From contig CBDCWC010000003.1 of assembly GCA_965223295.1 (NCBI GenBank), positions 1,088,001 through 1,152,000 of the forward strand: a stretch of 64,000 nucleotides of DNA. The letters run 5' to 3'. The stretch comes from Nitrospirales bacterium. Lineage in GTDB: Bacteria > Nitrospirota > Nitrospiria > Nitrospirales > UBA8639. The translations under genes and the position numbers were made by a program. Within the stretch, counting starts at the first letter, position 1, and each line of letters opens with the position of its first letter. The notes beneath the pieces were generated by a model that was given only the letters and a program-made list of their open reading frames with translations, ran no database searches and had not been told where the DNA came from. This document shows, in pieces, positions 9,929-20,820 of the stretch.

Positions 9929-11875
9929 ATGGCCACGAGTCCCATCCTTATTCAGCCGGTCTCGACAGGAGACTCATCGATTTATTGTGAATCTTCTGAC
10001 CTCACTGGAGATTTCCGGTCTTTTGGAACAAAGGTCGCGCTCGTGACTATGCCGTTCTCCTATTCGAAGTTTCCATCTATTCAATTGGGCACGTTGTCTG
10101 CGCTCTTGAAATCCCAAGGTATTGGCGCCAAAACCTACCACTTTAATTTGCAGTTCGCCCATAAGATTGGCGTCCCACTTTATGAAATTTTGTGTGAAAA
10201 GCGCGGCCTCTTTGGTGAATGGCTGTTTTCGGCCCTGCTCTTCCGAGACAATCCCAAACATGTGCAATACCCACAGATCTTCAAGCCGGTTTTTGAAGAA
10301 ACGGCTGCCGAAGCCGGATGTTCCATTGGTCATTTGGAAGAGATTGCTCACACCGTTGCGCCCCAGTTTTTAACCTGGGCCCTGACCTCGGTGGAGTGGG
10401 ATCAATATGATGTCGTGGGCTTTACCTCAACGTTTGATCAAAACGTGGCCAGTCTGTCGTTGGCGAAATTAATCAAGGATGTCTATCCAGATGTGCGAAT
10501 TGTCTTTGGCGGCGCCAACTTTGATGGCGAAATGGGACTGGAACAATTTCGTGCGTTTCCCTGGATTGACTACGTGGTGAGTGGCGAAGGCGAACAGACT
10601 TTCCCTCCGTTGGTAAAGCGTATCCTGCTCAAGGAGGAGACGAGTATTCCTCCGGGCATTGCTCACCGGAAAGATGGCCAAATTCACTTTACCCCGAACG
10701 ACAATTTGGTCGTGAAATTCGATCGGGCACCTCCTCCTGACTACGACGACTACTTTGCAGAATTAGATGAGTTAGACCGCCAGGGCTCAACGGGCCTTAA
10801 CCGAATTTTGCTGTATGAGGGATCACGAGGCTGTTGGTGGGGTGAGAAACATCATTGCACCTTTTGTGGGTTGAATGCGCAAGCTATGGATTTCCGAGCC
10901 AAATCCCCGACACAAGTGGTTGCCGAAATGGATTATCTCTCAAGCCGGCATGATACCAGTCGGTTCCGATTAGTGGATAATATTATCGACATGAAATATG
11001 TCGAGGGTGTATTTGGCCAACTGGCTCAGCGACATGTGGATCTTGATGTCTTTATGGAGACCAAGAGCAATCTCAATAAACGGCAAATCCAAACCTTAGC
11101 CCAGGGTGGTGTCAAATGCATGCAGCCTGGGATCGAAAGCCTCAGTCAGGCCCAACTGAAAGAAATGGACAAGGGCGTGAGCCCTCTGCAAAACATTCAA
11201 TGCTTGAAATGGAGCCGGTATTACAATATTGACCTCTCTTGGAATATTTTGTTGGGGTTTCCTGGTGAGACCAATGCCGACTATCAACGGCAAATGGAGA
11301 TCATTCCCTCTATACTGCATCTCCAACCCCCAGAATCCACCTCGAAATTATGGCTTGAACGATTCAGTCCCTATTTTAAATGGCCGGAGCGATATGGGAT
11401 TCGTCTGACAGGACCCGGCCTGGCTTACGGATATGTGTATGACGAGCGGAAAGTGGACTTGAATAAAATCGCCTATGATTTCGAATACGAAATTGATTGG
11501 AAAGTCGATCCTCAAATATATGAGGATTTTGTTCGTCTTGTCCGGGAATGGAAGGAGCGATATCACTCTCCGAACCGGCCCTTTCTCTTTTTTTCCAAGG
11601 CCATGAGTTATCTCACGGTATATGATGGTCGAGGAGCGAGTCCTACCAGCGAACGGTTTGACCAACCGTATGCGTTTATTTTAGAGCATTGTCACGACCA
11701 GCCAAAGTCTTTTGAACAAATCCGGAAGGCTTTACAAAATCAGCCATTTCCCCACTCTGATTCGGAGATTCAGCCGCTGGCCGATCTTTTATCAACCCTC
11801 CAAGCGAAACGCCTGCTTTATGAAGAAGGAGGTCGGTACTTCACTCTTGCTCTCCCTGTGAATCCACACCGATAA
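9929..11875 (+). CDS. RiPP-maturation-type B12-binding radical SAM C-methyltransferase (TIGR03975-like)
   Basis: Cobalamin-binding N-domain (VGFTSTFDQ, FGGAN, SGEGE); CX7CX2C motif SRGCWWGEKHHCTFCG; QPGIESL; WNILLGFPGE. Confidence 0.85.
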   Translation: MATSPILIQPVSTGDSSIYCESSDLTGDFRSFGTKVALVTMPFSYSKFPSIQLGTLSALLKSQGIGAKTYHFNLQFAHKIGVPLYEILCEKRGLFGEWLFSALLFRDNPKHVQYPQIFKPVFEETAAEAGCSIGHLEEIAHTVAPQFLTWALTSVEWDQYDVVGFTSTFDQNVASLSLAKLIKDVYPDVRIVFGGANFDGEMGLEQFRAFPWIDYVVSGEGEQTFPPLVKRILLKEETSIPPGIAHRKDGQIHFTPNDNLVVKFDRAPPPDYDDYFAELDELDRQGSTGLNRILLYEGSRGCWWGEKHHCTFCGLNAQAMDFRAKSPTQVVAEMDYLSSRHDTSRFRLVDNIIDMKYVEGVFGQLAQRHVDLDVFMETKSNLNKRQIQTLAQGGVKCMQPGIESLSQAQLKEMDKGVSPLQNIQCLKWSRYYNIDLSWNILLGFPGETNADYQRQMEIIPSILHLQPPESTSKLWLERFSPYFKWPERYGIRLTGPGLAYGYVYDERKVDLNKIAYDFEYEIDWKVDPQIYEDFVRLVREWKERYHSPNRPFLFFSKAMSYLTVYDGRGASPTSERFDQPYAFILEHCHDQPKSFEQIRKALQNQPFPHSDSEIQPLADLLSTLQAKRLLYEEGGRYFTLALPVNPHR

Positions 11876-11997
11876 TGCCACTACTTCGTTACGTTACCTA
11901 CTGTGTTCGTTGTATATTTTTCTTGTGTGGGATTGTTGAATAATACAAAACACGAGAGACAAGCTTGCTCATGATCACGTCGGATACCAACAGCTTC

Positions 11998-12119
11998 GGG
12001 GCGGTTCAAAAAAGTGCATCCAGCTAGGCCACAGCTATTTTTGCGCGCGGAGCCTACCGTTCCTACGTGAGCACGGGAAAAAGGCGAGAACGCCGCTAGC
12101 GGCTTTTTTCAACAGACCC
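11998..12119. repeat. MITE-like repeat family A, copy 2
   Basis: GGTTCAAAAAAG...GGCTTTTTTCAACAGACCC, collinear with copy 1. Confidence 0.8.
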
Positions 12120-12128
12120 TTTCTGTGA

Positions 12129-12157
12129 TTGACAAGCCTGAGGTTGCTGGGTAGCCT
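12129..12157 (+). promoter_or_regulatory. Putative sigma-70 promoter for the mltD-like gene
   Basis: TTGACA-N17-TAGCCT. Confidence 0.5.
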
Positions 12158-12205
12158 ATTAAGATATCCAAGGATCTACCGAAAAGTCTTAGAATCTGTG
12201 CTACT

Positions 12206-14233
12206 TTGGAAGAACCTCATGATAGAAGTTCTTCTCGTCATACGTGGTTTCGGTTTATGATGACCTTTCTTCAGCCTCCAATAATTGGAAGTCTCATTCT
12301 GGCTGTCTGTCTGGTGGTACCAGGTCGGAGCCTGGCAGAGCAATCCCGCTCAGCATCGGAAATTCCTCATGAAGTCCTGACCTTGAATTATTCCTTAGCG
12401 ATTCGTGGTGAGTATCCGAATATTTCAGCTACCAAGCAACCTTCTGCATCGCAGGCCGATAAGGCAGCCCAACTTGGTTTCTCTCAAACTCTGAATGCCC
12501 AAACATCTAGCTCTGCAGAGCAACTTCACCAAGAGAAGCAGGGTCCCAGCTCCCCTTCTTTTACCGTAGCCGAAGAAGTTCCTTCATATATTATTCACGA
12601 ACCCGTTTCACACCATACTGAGGATATTCCAGAAACCGTATCGCGTTCTTCTCACAAGGCCTCTGAAGAATATCAGCCGAACGATCAGATGGTTGATGCT
12701 TCGCAACAGAGCATTGTCCCCATCAGTCCGGACGTCCTTTCAATAGACCGATTTCGTTCCAATTCTATGATCGACTGGTCAATCCAGTCGCCTCAGCATG
12801 TCCTGCCAACTTCTTTCACAACTTCTTCACACATACCGTTTGATCCATCGGTTGAGCTTTCAAATCCTCAAATATATTTGGCTCGTTTTGGCCATGTCTT
12901 GAATCCGAATTGGGAACCCTCAGACTCTGCGCATTCCTCTGAATATGGGACTATTCCTCTGGTTATCAATGATGCAGTGGCAAAGAATCTTCGATATTTC
13001 CAGCAAGGTATTCCTGATCGTTTTCAATCCTATTTAGATAGGTTTCATCATTACAGAGAAGTGGTTGAGCCAATTTTTCAGGAATTTGGAATTCCGACCG
13101 AACTCATGTATCTGTCTCTTGTGGAGTCAGGCTTCAATCCAAAAGCCTTTTCCCGCGCACGCGCCTCAGGGCCTTGGCAATTTATGAAAGCCACAGGCCG
13201 TATGTATAAACTCAACGTGAATTGGTATATCGATGAGCGGCGAGACCCTATCAAGTCGACCGTTGCAGCCGCGCACCACCTTCGCGATCTCTATGACCGC
13301 TTTGGTTCGTGGCCTCTTGCTTTGGCGGCCTATAATGCTGGAAGTGGAAAAGTGTCCCGTGCGATTCGAAAAACCGGCTCCCGTGATTTTTGGAAAATTC
13401 GCCGAACTTGGTATCTTCGACGGGAAACAAAAGAGTATGTCCCTCGTTTTATTGCGGCGACGCTCATTGCTAAAAACCCAACCGCATATGGATTTCTCGC
13501 ACCCGGCGGGGGTCACCATATATTCGAAGAAGTTCTCATTGCCAAACAGGTTCAACTCTCCGCCATTGCCAAACATACGGGGATATCTCTTGAGGAACTC
13601 AAACGGTTGAACCCTGAGCTCCGGCGAAATATTGTTCCCACCACAAAGGGTCCTGGGTATCATCTTAAAGTACCTGTAGGCATGGCCTCCGTCGTTTCTG
13701 CGCAACATGCTTCTTTCCCCGTGTGGACTCAACCGCCACCGCCTCCCACTCAATGGTATCGGGTACGACGAGGGGACAGTTTGTCTGTCGTGGCTAGGCG
13801 ATTTGGAATGAAAGTCCGTCAACTCAAAAGGATGAACAATTTGTCGAGCAATTTGATTCGTGTTGGAGCGCGACTACGTGTGCGTGGCGGCTATGACGAT
13901 TATGCCGATGATCAAACGACCGTATACCGTGTTCGGTATGGAGATTCTTTAGGAAAAATTGCAAGCCGATTTAGAACCTCGGTTCGTCAGCTCAAGAGGC
14001 TCAACAATCTTTCTACGCATTTGATTTATCCTGGTGATCGCTTGCGAGTGCGAGGCACACCCCCATCGAAAAAATCTGGGAGCAATAATTCGAAATGGTA
14101 TCGCGTGCAACGAGGGGATAGCTTATGGAGTATTGCTCAGCAATTTCGGATGAGTGTGCGAGACTTGCGGGCCTTAAATAATTTGTCTTCCAGTATTATT
14201 CGAGCCGGCCATATGCTAATGGTCAGTCATTAA
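12206..14233 (+). CDS. mltD: Lytic murein transglycosylase with LysM repeats (MltD-like)
   Basis: SLT motifs VESGFNP, GPWQFM and AAYNAG, followed by three C-terminal YRVxxGDSL LysM repeats. Start codon uncertain. Confidence 0.85.
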   Translation: MEEPHDRSSSRHTWFRFMMTFLQPPIIGSLILAVCLVVPGRSLAEQSRSASEIPHEVLTLNYSLAIRGEYPNISATKQPSASQADKAAQLGFSQTLNAQTSSSAEQLHQEKQGPSSPSFTVAEEVPSYIIHEPVSHHTEDIPETVSRSSHKASEEYQPNDQMVDASQQSIVPISPDVLSIDRFRSNSMIDWSIQSPQHVLPTSFTTSSHIPFDPSVELSNPQIYLARFGHVLNPNWEPSDSAHSSEYGTIPLVINDAVAKNLRYFQQGIPDRFQSYLDRFHHYREVVEPIFQEFGIPTELMYLSLVESGFNPKAFSRARASGPWQFMKATGRMYKLNVNWYIDERRDPIKSTVAAAHHLRDLYDRFGSWPLALAAYNAGSGKVSRAIRKTGSRDFWKIRRTWYLRRETKEYVPRFIAATLIAKNPTAYGFLAPGGGHHIFEEVLIAKQVQLSAIAKHTGISLEELKRLNPELRRNIVPTTKGPGYHLKVPVGMASVVSAQHASFPVWTQPPPPPTQWYRVRRGDSLSVVARRFGMKVRQLKRMNNLSSNLIRVGARLRVRGGYDDYADDQTTVYRVRYGDSLGKIASRFRTSVRQLKRLNNLSTHLIYPGDRLRVRGTPPSKKSGSNNSKWYRVQRGDSLWSIAQQFRMSVRDLRALNNLSSSIIRAGHMLMVSH

Positions 14234-14254
14234 TTTCCAACCACGTTCGTTGTC

Positions 14255-15067
14255 TTAGTCTGTTTTTTCAACTTCCATGTCATTTTCTTCGTCACTTGGG
14301 AGTTCTAGTGTTTCCTTTTCTCCTTCCTCACCAGTTGTCGTTTCGGTCTCTTGGGACTCTTCCGGAGCCAAAGCCTTCACTCGAAGATTTGCTTCGGTCG
14401 AAAAGGGAGAAAGAGGATATTCCTGTATGACTTGCTGATAACGTGTCACCGCCTCTTCCGTTTTTTCCTCAGATTCGCTCAATTTGGCCAATTCAAACAG
14501 TACCTGATCCTTATTCAACGCATGTGGATTGTTCAACACCGCATCGAATGCGCTCATGGCTTTTTCTCGACTCCCATTTAGTAAATGCGCCAACCCTAAT
14601 CGTTGTTGAACCAACCCCGCCAACACATGATCTTGGGAATGCATGTCAATGAGTGAAGTGTATGCCTCAATTGCACCTTGATAATCTTCTGCTTCTAGCA
14701 AACTGTTGCCTAACAGAAAAGACGAAACTTTTGCACTGGAGGTTCCAGGAAATTGCTCAAGAATCTTTTGAAACGTTGCTGATGCCTGTTGGACGTTAGC
14801 TTTCCCTTTTTCGACATCGTCAAGCGGACGATCCAAATACATCTGCTGAGCTTTTGCTTGTAAGGCCCAAGCTTCTTCTTGCTTTTGTTGAGTCACCCAA
14901 TTCAATGCGAGGAGCCCACCAATTAACACTACGACCAGGAGAATTCCGCCCCACACTAACCCGCGATGTTCCTCAACAAAAAACAAAAATTGCTCTTTGC
15001 TGGATAAAACGGCAACTGGTTCAGCGGGAGCCGATTTCCCAGAGTGATCTTTTATTTTATAACTCAT
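14255..15067 (-). CDS. Membrane-anchored TPR protein (YfgM-like)
   Basis: Single N-terminal TM helix, TPR helices and an acidic tail; likely start MSYKIK. Confidence 0.7.
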   Translation of the reverse strand: MSYKIKDHSGKSAPAEPVAVLSSKEQFLFFVEEHRGLVWGGILLVVVLIGGLLALNWVTQQKQEEAWALQAKAQQMYLDRPLDDVEKGKANVQQASATFQKILEQFPGTSSAKVSSFLLGNSLLEAEDYQGAIEAYTSLIDMHSQDHVLAGLVQQRLGLAHLLNGSREKAMSAFDAVLNNPHALNKDQVLFELAKLSESEEKTEEAVTRYQQVIQEYPLSPFSTEANLRVKALAPEESQETETTTGEEGEKETLELPSDEENDMEVEKTD

Positions 15068-15212
15068 CGCGTGGTCATCCTCTCCGCAGAATACCGGATC
15101 TGCTGCATTTTTTTTATTTAGGGATCTCTCCCATCTCACAAAAAGACAGATGGTGCCTTATACTCACGTCATGAAGCCATGTCAAACCGTATTCCACACT
15201 ATTTTGATCAAG

Positions 15213-15240
15213 TTGACAAGGCCTAACTCCCTGTTATAAT
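15213..15240 (+). promoter_or_regulatory. Sigma-70 promoter of tRNA-Val/tRNA-Asp
   Basis: TTGACA-N16-TATAAT with an extended TGn -10, about 30 nt before the tRNA. Confidence 0.75.
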
Positions 15241-15268
15241 GAGGAAATTGTTGATTTGTAAGAATTTT

Positions 15269-15344
15269 AGGCGGATAGCTCAATTGGCAGAGCACTGCTT
15301 TTACACGGCAGAGGTCACAGGTTCGATCCCTGTTCCGCCTACCA
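15269..15344 (+). tRNA. tRNA-Val(TAC)
   Basis: Acceptor stem AGGCGGA/TCCGCCT, anticodon loop TTTACAC, GGTTCGATCC T-arm, encoded CCA. Confidence 0.95.
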
Positions 15345-15456
15345 ATTTTTTTTGGCATAACACCAGTATACTCTGATATACTCGTTAGCCTACATCATAC
15401 TCAACTCCCCTTGTGGAAGAACTTCGTGGGCTGTTTGCCCAAAACCAGAATAGTAC

Positions 15457-15534
15457 GGGGCCGTCGTTCAGCCAGGTTAGGACGCCAGATTGTCAATCTG
15501 GAAGTCGCGGGTTCAAATCCCGTCGGCCCCGCCA
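15457..15534 (+). tRNA. tRNA-Asp(GTC)
   Basis: Acceptor stem GGGGCCG/CGGCCCC, anticodon arm CCAGA-TTGTCAA-TCTGG, GGTTCAAATCC, encoded CCA. Confidence 0.95.
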
Positions 15535-15618
15535 CTTCATTTCACCTTGATTTGTTCTGAATGAGCCATTCCCCGTGTTGCTCTCTTCTAATAGCCTGCT
15601 GGAGGTGTAAAATAAGAT

Positions 15619-16335
15619 ATGCCATTTGCAAGCCCTTCTGAGCTTTTAGGATCCCTCGGATTATTGTCAATTGTTATTCTGTTGATTCTGTCAGTGTTTT
15701 CAATCATTTCCTGGGGAATCATCGTGAATAAATTCCGACAGTTTCGGAAAATCAATCAGGAGGAAGCACAATTTCTCCAACTATATGAAAAGAACCCCGT
15801 TGATCAGCTGGCACTAAGAACTAAAGCCCAGACATATCCGCTCAGCCCTAGTGCAGCCGTGTACCTCAGTGTGACGGACCGGCTTCCCTCATGCTCCTAT
15901 CTTTTCTCCTCTCGAGAGGAGATTGAGAACTCAGGCTCTGAAAAAATTCCCAATCGTCATTACTTGGAAAAAGTCACCCAATACATTATTCAGAATCAAA
16001 TTACCCATCAAGAAGCCTATTTACCCTTTCTGGCAACCACCGGAAATTTGACGCCATTTATTGGGCTCCTTGGAACCGTGTTAGGGATTATTAACGCGTT
16101 TGGAGAGATTGGAGTACAAGGGTCGGCCAGTATTGCGGCTGTCGCCCCCGGTGTTTCTGAAGCGCTCGTTGCGACTGCTGCCGGTCTCTTTGCCGCCATT
16201 CCGGCTGTGATGGCGTTTAACTTTTTTCTTTCCAAAATCAGGAAAATGGCTTTTAGCGTTGAAGCCTTCACCATTGAGTTTCTGAATGCTCTTGAAGAGT
16301 CGGAAGTATCACATGAAGTGGAAGTGGCTAAATGA
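15619..16335 (+). CDS. tolQ: TolQ (MotA/TolQ/ExbB proton channel)
   Basis: [12 protein letters not shown] and [22 protein letters not shown]; first gene of the tol-pal cluster. Confidence 0.9.
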   Translation: MPFASPSELLGSLGLLSIVILLILSVFSIISWGIIVNKFRQFRKINQEEAQFLQLYEKNPVDQLALRTKAQTYPLSPSAAVYLSVTDRLPSCSYLFSSREEIENSGSEKIPNRHYLEKVTQYIIQNQITHQEAYLPFLATTGNLTPFIGLLGTVLGIINAFGEIGVQGSASIAAVAPGVSEALVATAAGLFAAIPAVMAFNFFLSKIRKMAFSVEAFTIEFLNALEESEVSHEVEVAK

Positions 16336-16769
16336 CGAGTGGGTCTCGTCCAAGACAATTTCTGTCTGAAATCAATGTCATTCCCCTCGTCGATGTCGTC
16401 CTTGTGCTGCTTGTGATCTTTATGGTCACGGCTCCCATGTTACATCGGGGGTTGGACATCAATTTACCAACTTCTGCCGCCAATAATATCAAGGCAGAAG
16501 AACGGCTGGTTGTCACCATACAGAAAGACCATAGTTTGTCCCTAGGGAATGATCCCATCAGCCTGATTGACCTCAGAGCAAAGTTGCAGGCAGCCAAAAC
16601 TTCTAATCCCCTTATCTCGGTGTACCTACGGGCCGACCAATCCGTGCCCTACGGCACGGTTGTCCAAATCATGGATGAAGTGAAGGGGGCGAAAATTGAA
16701 CGGCTGGGAATGGTGACAGGGCCAAAAGTTGAAACGATTGAAGCCGATGCGATCGGAGTCACCCCTTAA
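16332..16769 (+). CDS. tolR: TolR/ExbD
   Basis: [24 protein letters not shown] and [10 protein letters not shown]. Confidence 0.9.
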   Translation: MTSGSRPRQFLSEINVIPLVDVVLVLLVIFMVTAPMLHRGLDINLPTSAANNIKAEERLVVTIQKDHSLSLGNDPISLIDLRAKLQAAKTSNPLISVYLRADQSVPYGTVVQIMDEVKGAKIERLGMVTGPKVETIEADAIGVTP

Positions 16770-16780
16770 CATTCCGTTAC

Positions 16781-18334
16781 ATGGAACATGCTGCACCCTC
16801 AAGCCTTATTTCTTTTGGGCTCACGGCTGACACCTCTTCAGAACGATCATCATTTCGTAGTGGTCTTCTTTTTTCTTGCCTTCTGCATGCCCTCATCATT
16901 GTCATCGCCATGTTCGTAAGATTTCAATCAGAGAGCGAGCAACCCCTTCGAGCTATTGATGTCGCGTTGATTTCACTGCCAGCGCAGACCCCAGCGCCAC
17001 CAAGTCCAAAACCGGCTGTCAGTCCGAAGACAAAGCCTTCTCCTAAACCAACTCCTGCGCCTGTGAAAAAAGCCGTGAAGGCTCAACCGACTCCTAAAAA
17101 AGTTGTCCCACCTGCACCGAAACCGATCACTCCACCAGCCGTTGCTCCCCCTGTTGAAGACATCCTTCCTCCATTACCAACCGAGACGGCTTCTGAGCAA
17201 TTGTCTGAATCGTTAAGTGGAGCGATTAAATCCATCGTGGTGCCTCAAAAACGAGAAACACCGGCCTCAAGTGCTCCCCCTTCACAACCAGACAGTCCGC
17301 CCACTGACGAGCAGACCCCTTTAATAGATAAACTGCAATTACCTTCTGCTCCACCTACAATCGCGCGTCCCCAGCGGTTACAGCGGGGAGAGTCTGTGCC
17401 AATTCCTTCAGTACCTGAGACAGCATCGCCGAAAGTGACACAAGAGCCAGCGGCCCCTCCGAAACCCGAACCAAAACAATCTGCTGTCCCAGTATCGAAA
17501 GTTGAGCAAACAGTGAAACCTGCACCTGCTCCGCCATCCTTGCGCGAAGTGACGCCCTTTCAGAAGCCAAAACAACCACCAACACCTGCGAACAATTCCC
17601 CGGCTCCCAAGATAAAAGACTCATTGAAACGTAGTCTTCCCGACATTCCCCTCGCAACTCCAGCGAATAAGATTCCGAAGGTTTCTCGGAAACGCCCATC
17701 ACCTCAGCAAAAGCCTGCATCGTCAATCCCACAGGTCTCCGCTCCTCAAATGGCGAAAATTCCCGATCCCAAACCATCAAAACCTATCGAGCCAGCAGTA
17801 CCTAAAATGTCGGAGACGGTTAAAAAATTGATGGAAGGGCTTAAAACTCCCAGGCGTACGCTAACACCCAGAGAGACTCCAACGAAATCTTCTACGCCAA
17901 CTATCCCAGCCACCAAGCCACCTCCATCAGCCATCGATCAGAGAATTGCGAAATTGTCTATACCCGAGGTGGCCCCAGTGGAGTCGATCAAGCAACGACT
18001 GCAACTGTTGGACAGGCAAGCCACTGGCAGCGCCGGTGGTGCTGCGTCTAAACCCTCACCAGGGAAAAATCGGTATTTGGCGATGGTGGAAGATACGATT
18101 GACCGCCAGTGGGTAGCCCCTCCTTTAGTGGCCAGTACCCCCGTGGTGGTCTTGAAATTTCGTATTTCCCGATCAGGCGACATTTCACGTATTCATATTA
18201 CGGAAAGCTCGGGACATGCTCACTATGACTCCGCAGCCCAACGTGCCGTTCAAGCGGTCAATCCCTTGCCACCATTCCCCTCGGAGATTACGGATTCATT
18301 CTTTGATGTTCAGTATCGATTTATTAAAGATTAA
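16781..18334 (+). CDS. tolA: TolA/TonB-like energy transducer
   Basis: TM helix with SxxxH motif, long Pro/Lys-rich linker, TonB_C/TolA C-domain (SSGHAHYDSAAQRAV..PLPP); lies between tolR and tolB. Confidence 0.75.
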   Translation: MEHAAPSSLISFGLTADTSSERSSFRSGLLFSCLLHALIIVIAMFVRFQSESEQPLRAIDVALISLPAQTPAPPSPKPAVSPKTKPSPKPTPAPVKKAVKAQPTPKKVVPPAPKPITPPAVAPPVEDILPPLPTETASEQLSESLSGAIKSIVVPQKRETPASSAPPSQPDSPPTDEQTPLIDKLQLPSAPPTIARPQRLQRGESVPIPSVPETASPKVTQEPAAPPKPEPKQSAVPVSKVEQTVKPAPAPPSLREVTPFQKPKQPPTPANNSPAPKIKDSLKRSLPDIPLATPANKIPKVSRKRPSPQQKPASSIPQVSAPQMAKIPDPKPSKPIEPAVPKMSETVKKLMEGLKTPRRTLTPRETPTKSSTPTIPATKPPPSAIDQRIAKLSIPEVAPVESIKQRLQLLDRQATGSAGGAASKPSPGKNRYLAMVEDTIDRQWVAPPLVASTPVVVLKFRISRSGDISRIHITESSGHAHYDSAAQRAVQAVNPLPPFPSEITDSFFDVQYRFIKD

Positions 18335-18352
18335 AAGGACCTAGTCTGTATC

Positions 18353-19711
18353 ATGAAAATTTTTCTCTATCGACCTCGTCATTTTCTTCTTTGTGTGCTT
18401 TTGTTGTTCACCTTCATGATTCCGTCGTTGATTTTTGGAGAAGACGCGATCCTCGAAGCCACCCGTTCAGAATTTCAAAAGATTCCTATCTGGGTCATGG
18501 AATTTTCATCCGTAGAACAGGACGACTCCATGTCTAAGCAGACTGATACACAAGTACGATCGATACTAAAACAAGACTTAGTTCGTTCTCAGGTTTTTAC
18601 TCTCGCTGATTTGCCGACCAAAAAAGGTGGATTTTCTGAGAATAAATGCGTGAGTCTCTCTCCAAGCTTAGGAACGCATTACCAACAAGTCACGGTGTCA
18701 ACGTGGGGCAGAATGGGTCTTGGCGGAACCTCAACCGGTGTCAAAGGATTGATCTTTGATGCCTGCGCCTTTGATCTCGGCCACCAAGATATTTTAACGG
18801 GGAAGCGGTATTTTTCTCTCAAATCCACAGATGCCCTCATTCGACTCATGGCTCATCGATGGGCCGACGAGTTGGTCTACCGATACACAGGAGAACAAGG
18901 TATTGCCAGAACTAAAATTGCCTTTGTGGGAGAGAAGGAAAACGGGCGAGAGTTGTTCGTAATGGATTATGACGGATATGACCCACAGCAGGTCACGGCG
19001 GATGGCTATCTCAATCTTATGCCAACCTGGTCACCAGACCGCAAGTCCCTCATCTACACAGCCTATCGAGATCGAAAACAACAAATCATGCGACGTGAGC
19101 TCTCAACAGGCCGGGAGGAGGTGCTCGTCTCGCCAGCCAGTTTGAACATCACGGCAACCTTCTCCCCAAATGGCCAATCGATTACTTATGCCTCGGCTCA
19201 AGAGGGCAATTCAGACATCTACCAGGTAGAATTGGACAGTAGAACTTCCCAGCAGTTAACCTCTCATCATAGTGCAGATTTGTCCCCGTCTTGGTCGCCG
19301 GACGGGCGGCATCTGGCCTTCACATCGGATCGGGGAGGCCGTCCCCAAATTTATGTCATGGATGCGGAAGGCTCTAACGTCCGACGACTTACGTATGACG
19401 GAGACTACAACGCAGCTCCTGCATGGTCTCCAAAAGGGGATTGGATTGTCTATGTCTGCCGTATACCGGGTGAAGGATTTAAACTCTGCCGGATCAGCCC
19501 AGATGGGAAGCAACGAAACCAAATTACCAAAGGGAATAGTATTGACGATTCTCCGTCATGGGCCCCCAATGGGCGTCATCTCGTTTTCAGTTCTATTCGA
19601 AGAGGAGAAAGCCAAATCTTCATTATTACAAGCGAAGGAGCCGGATTAGAAAAAATTTCCTCGGTGGGCGCACACCTTAGTTCGCCATCCTGGTCGCCGT
19701 TTCAACCTTAA
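18353..19711 (+). CDS. tolB: TolB beta-propeller protein
   Basis: AHRWADE, TKIAFV, MDYDG and repeated PxWSPDG (PD40) motifs. Confidence 0.9.
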   Translation: MKIFLYRPRHFLLCVLLLFTFMIPSLIFGEDAILEATRSEFQKIPIWVMEFSSVEQDDSMSKQTDTQVRSILKQDLVRSQVFTLADLPTKKGGFSENKCVSLSPSLGTHYQQVTVSTWGRMGLGGTSTGVKGLIFDACAFDLGHQDILTGKRYFSLKSTDALIRLMAHRWADELVYRYTGEQGIARTKIAFVGEKENGRELFVMDYDGYDPQQVTADGYLNLMPTWSPDRKSLIYTAYRDRKQQIMRRELSTGREEVLVSPASLNITATFSPNGQSITYASAQEGNSDIYQVELDSRTSQQLTSHHSADLSPSWSPDGRHLAFTSDRGGRPQIYVMDAEGSNVRRLTYDGDYNAAPAWSPKGDWIVYVCRIPGEGFKLCRISPDGKQRNQITKGNSIDDSPSWAPNGRHLVFSSIRRGESQIFIITSEGAGLEKISSVGAHLSSPSWSPFQP

Positions 19712-19753
19712 ACAATGAGAGCCTCTGTGATATTTCAGCAAAGGAGTCGCCGT

Positions 19754-20767
19754 ATGCACCAGAACATTCGTGTACGTTCACTACTAGGAATTTTCAGTCT
19801 TGTCTTCGTAATGCTCACGGGATGCGGAGAGAAACGGGTTCATGTCTCCACGGCCTCCGGAGCCCCTGGCGAAGACATGGCCTTGAATGGAATGACTGAT
19901 GACTTGGCTGACCAAGCAACATCTGGCTTAAACACTGCCGGAATTGACGAATCAGCCCTGTCGTCCCAAGTTCCCGATGGTGAGACTACTAACACAGACA
20001 CAACCGCCTCTTCTATTGGGAATGAACCTCTCAATATGGCGCATGCCCCTGCACACTTTTCTCCACAGGATCATTCTTCAGACTCTTCAGACGCCTCCCT
20101 GGCAGATGAGTTGGCCAATGCCGGAGGTTCAGAAAATGATAGTTCGTCTCCCTCGATGTCGAAGGGGAAGGGTTTCTCAACACAATCCAGTTCATTTCCG
20201 GGAGATCAAGCGAACCAATCATCAGAAAATAGCGGCGAATTTCAGAATTCAGCGAACTCTGAACCTTTAGATACCGGGGTTTCTCAAGATTCCCTGGCCG
20301 GGCTAGAGGATATTCTCTCGGGAGAAAACCTAGAATCGATACCCGACACATTGCAAATCGCCAAGGTCGAGCCTTCTAGTGGGTTGGAAGACCGGATGAA
20401 TCAAATTAATGAAGAAGAACTTGAAGCCGCAAAGGCAGGTCTAGAAGATGTCTTTTTCAAATTTGATAGTTGGACCCTTACCCAGGAAGGCAAGGAATCA
20501 CTCCAACGGACGCTTGGGTGGTTCAAGCAGGAACCTGACTCCACGCTCATTATCGAGGGCCATGCAGACCAACGAGGAACACAAGCGTATAATATGGTGT
20601 TGGCCAAAAAACGTGCGGTCGCGGTCCAAGACTATCTGTCACAATTAGGTGTTGACGGATCTCGTATGTCTGTCATCTCCTATGGAAAAGATAAACCATT
20701 CTGCCAGGATTCTACAGAAGTCTGCCATCAACTCAACCGTCGGGGGCATCTTCTGGTCGCAAATTAG
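19754..20767 (+). CDS. pal: Pal/OmpA-family peptidoglycan-associated lipoprotein with a long acidic linker
   Basis: Lipobox LTGC; OmpA domain motifs FFKFDS, IEGHADQRGT, SYGKDKP and NRR; AAGGAG RBS before ATG 19754. Confidence 0.8.
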   Translation: MHQNIRVRSLLGIFSLVFVMLTGCGEKRVHVSTASGAPGEDMALNGMTDDLADQATSGLNTAGIDESALSSQVPDGETTNTDTTASSIGNEPLNMAHAPAHFSPQDHSSDSSDASLADELANAGGSENDSSSPSMSKGKGFSTQSSSFPGDQANQSSENSGEFQNSANSEPLDTGVSQDSLAGLEDILSGENLESIPDTLQIAKVEPSSGLEDRMNQINEEELEAAKAGLEDVFFKFDSWTLTQEGKESLQRTLGWFKQEPDSTLIIEGHADQRGTQAYNMVLAKKRAVAVQDYLSQLGVDGSRMSVISYGKDKPFCQDSTEVCHQLNRRGHLLVAN

Positions 20768-20820
20768 GACACCTTGAATCTTGGCTTTCACACTTTCAAT
20801 CATGGAGGATCAGATACACA

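Noticed and set aside
13166-13822. 218-aa antisense ORF inside mltD, and the many other nested ORFs
   Set aside because: They are shadows of well-supported genes on the opposite strand or in another frame, with no recognisable motifs.
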